From Basidiobolus meristosporus CBS 931.73 (taxonomy: Eukaryota > Fungi > Basidiobolomycota): a DNA stretch of 64,000 nt. Below, piece after piece: positions 60,945 to 64,000 of this stretch. Positions within the stretch are counted from its first letter, which is position 1. Each line of letters opens with the position of its first letter. Below the pieces are notes generated by a model, which was given only the letters and a program-made list of their open reading frames with translations, made no database searches and was not told the DNA's origin. A program made the position numbers and the translations under genes. The DNA is taken from positions 1 through 64,000 of the forward strand of contig MCFE01000211.1 of NCBI GenBank assembly GCA_002104905.1, read 5' to 3'.

Positions 60945-63900
60945 ATGTTCGAGAAAAACCTAACAGACTTAATTCGCGGCCTGCGAGCGAACAAAAAGAA
61001 TGAGGCCAAGTACATAGCCACGTGCATTGAAGAGATTCGCCGCGAGTTGAAAGGGAACGATCCCGATTTGAAGGCTATAGCAATCTCCAAATTGACTTAC
61101 GTTAGTATCTCGTATTTTGTAAGTATTCATGCACGTACCCCGGGAACCAACCATCTTTTCATGAAATAGCTGCAAATGCTGGGCTTCGACATGGGTTGGG
61201 CATCCTTTCAAGTGGTGGAGGTTATGGCGTCCCCAAAGTTCGTCAACAAGCGGATTGGCTATCTAGCTGCAGCACAGTCTTTTCGACAAGATACCGAAGT
61301 GCTCATGTTGACAACGAATCTTATCAAGAAAGTAGGTTGATGCTTATGTTTCACTTGCCTTCCGGATGCTAACTATCCCCTTTTTGGTACTTAGGACTTG
61401 GCTTCGTCAAATTACATAGAGGTTGGAATCACCATCGATGGCTTATCCCATATTTTAACACCGGATCTTGCGAGGGATTTGTCCTCGGATCTCATCTCTA
61501 TGCTAACACATTCTCGGCCTTATATCCGGAAAAAAGTCATTCTTGTGTTGTACAAAGTATTCTTGAAGTTTCCAGATGGCTTGAGATACAGTTTTCCACG
61601 GTTGAAGGAACGGCTTGATGACCCGGATCCATGTAAGGTGTATTCAGGAGTGCCCACAGACCTCAGTCGACTAAATTTTGATTGTTCTAGCTGTTGTATG
61701 CGCTTCAATCAATGTGATCTGCGAGTTGGCTCGAATGAATCCGAAAAACTATCTTTCGTTGGCGCCACAGTTGTTCAAGTTGCTAACCACATCGTCGAAT
61801 AATTGGATGCTGATCAAAATCATCAAGCTGGCAAGTGATACATGGCGTTTCCACCCCAGTTATCTATATTCATCTCTTACAACATTAGTTTGCTGCCCTA
61901 ACCCCGTTGGAGCCCAGGTTGGCAAAGAAACTGGTTGCGCCAATTAAATCTTTGATACAGACCACGCCGGCCATGTCATTGCTATACGAGTGTATACAAA
62001 CGGTCATTTCTGGAGGCATGCTCACCCTAAATTCCGAGTCTGGCGAGGCTAGTAGCGCCAGTGATGTTGCTCTTGCCGCATTATGCGCATCAAAGCTGAA
62101 GAAATTCCTGGAGGACCCAGATCAAAACTGTATGTAAGATACCAATGTTGGGGATCACACATAGCCTCTAACCATGATCCTCCGTTTTCCAGTGAAATAT
62201 GTTGGACTCCTGGCAATGGGAAAACTCCTGACTATCTATCCCAAAGCTGTCGTGGAGCATCGAGACCTTATCCTCAATTGTGTCGAGGATTCTGATATCA
62301 GTATACGCTTGAGAGCATTGGACCTTGTTGTTGGCATGGTAAAGTGGCTCAATACAGAATGACCGAAGCGTATCACGATTCTAACATCCGTTGCTGCAGA
62401 CGTCCAAGAAAACACTCATGGATATCGTCAAGAGATTGATGACTCAACTCATGCCTCCTCCTGTTCCAACTGCCGCCTTCCCCACTGCAACTGCTTTCCA
62501 GGACCCATCCTACCGACGAATCATTGTCGACCGCATTTTGTCGATCTGTTCTCATAATTCATACTCGAACATCACGAATTTCGGATGGTATATCGCGGTG
62601 TTGGTTGATTTGGTGTACATATCTGAAGTCAATGTCGGCTCCCAGCTGAGTGCGCAAATCGTTGATGTCGGAGTTAGAGTGAAGAGTGTTAGGCAATATT
62701 GCGTGAAGATGATGGTATGTACATTTGGGGATTCTTATCTCGTTCCACCATATTGACCGGCCAGTTCCACCCGATCTAGTCACGCCTTTTATCCGATATC
62801 GCTCTTGTCGAGTCCACAGGCCGACCAGAATCCAATTCTGACATTCTTTACGGCGCAGCCTGGATATGCGGCGAGTATTGCAAGTAGGTGGCATGCAAAC
62901 GATCCTAACCATTGGCTAGGCTCTAACTTCTCCGTAGTTATTTGTCTTCAATTCCCAATACGGTCAAGGCACTCTTAAGGCCCGAAGCCTTGAGATTAAC
63001 CCCTACTGTTCAGCAGATCTATCTACATAATGTAGTCAAGATATATGCTTACTGGAGCAGACAAATTGCTGAGGATTGGAGTCATGATTCATGGAAGGAG
63101 TTCCTTGACACCACTAACACCGCAATGGAGCTGGTGCAGCCATTCTGCCACAGCAATGACTTGGAAGTCCAAGAGAGAGTGAGTATTTCCAGATTAAATG
63201 GATGGGGTCACCCGTATTGATAATTGATATTTCCTTAGGCTTATGGTGCTAGAGAGATCTTCAGGATCGTTCACTCTAAAGTCGACACGTTTACTGAGAA
63301 TCCTTCTCCTATTCTTGTAAATCTCTCGGATCTATTTTTCTCGACGGAATTGAACCCTGTTGCCCCTAAGGCTCAGAGGAAGGTGCCCATCCCTGAAGGG
63401 CTTGATATTGATGAATGGATCAACGAGCCGATTCCTGAGAGTGACAGTGAGGAAGAGGTTGATGCATACGGGGACAACAGCTTCCTTGACGATCAGTACC
63501 CCAATTCTGACAGAAAGAAAGGAGAGCCAATCGCTGAAGATCCGGAGGTTCAAAAGAGGGTAAGGCCTTGTACACATCCAGCGAAAGAGTCGTTCTAATC
63601 ATCGTACTTTACTGCAGCGTCGTGCTCAACGCGCAGAAAAGTTGAAGAATGATCCATTCTACATCTCTACCGAAGCGAACTCCATTCCTTCTTCGCCAAT
63701 TTCGGAGATCGATGTTGATTCGATACCTATTGTTGAGCTCACCATTGACGAGAAGCCTAGCTTGAAAAGCGATCGATGTAAGTGTCGTCTCTACCTTTCG
63801 TGTAAGACCATGGAACTGATATGTCTATTAGTCAACAAAAAAGGAAAGAGGAAGTCTAAGAAGAAGGATCGCTCACCGTCCCCAGAGTTGGCCCCTATTG

Positions 63901-64000
63901 TTTTCCAACCTGAGGAGATGCCTGAAGATGCTATGGGCTCCGGAAGTGATGACGATTCTAAGCTAGCCAAACCCGTGGCCAAGGCTGGGCTTCTGGATCA
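60945..64000 (+). CDS. APL5: AP-3 adaptor complex delta subunit, multi-exon, 3' end outside the window
   Basis: MFEKNLTDLIRGLRANK, KLTY|LQMLG, KRIGYLAAAQSF..EVLMLTTNLIKK, RPYIRKK, NNWMLIKIIKL, EPRLAKKL, DQNL|KYVGLLAM, NDLEVQER, ELNPVAPKAQRKVPIPEGLDIDEWIN. Confidence 0.95.

Overview
Eukaryotic (fungal) genomic DNA with short GT-AG introns and CTAAT/CTAAC branch points. Gene content suggests an early-diverging fungus (inference only). Left end: a ~1,310-aa six-cupredoxin-domain multicopper oxidase resembling bacterial MnxG, split by an apparent 1-bp frameshift, then a GDSL esterase and a class-3 lipase. Housekeeping genes recognised after manual splicing: ORC3, BET5, DPM2, SEC72, ORC6, YHM2, THR1, ATP3 and APL5 (runs off the right edge). 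Also present: a PEHE-like protein, two Ecl1-family genes, a DUF1752/DUF3295-type protein and two F-box/LRR genes. Most unusual elements: (1) a 14-kb head-to-tail array of eight intronless ~397-aa secreted proteins, each with three Cys-closed amphipathic 'L[LI]GI' motifs, mosaic sequence, a shared promoter motif and one disrupted copy; (2) a signal-peptide-bearing protein kinase with an RRAR site and a Cys pair replacing the Gly-rich loop; (3) an inverted pair of Zn2Cys6 factor genes with patchy near-identity and a long, read-through-open intron inside the zinc cluster. No rRNA, tRNA, CRISPR array or intact mobile element was recognised. All family assignments come from motif recognition, not database searches.
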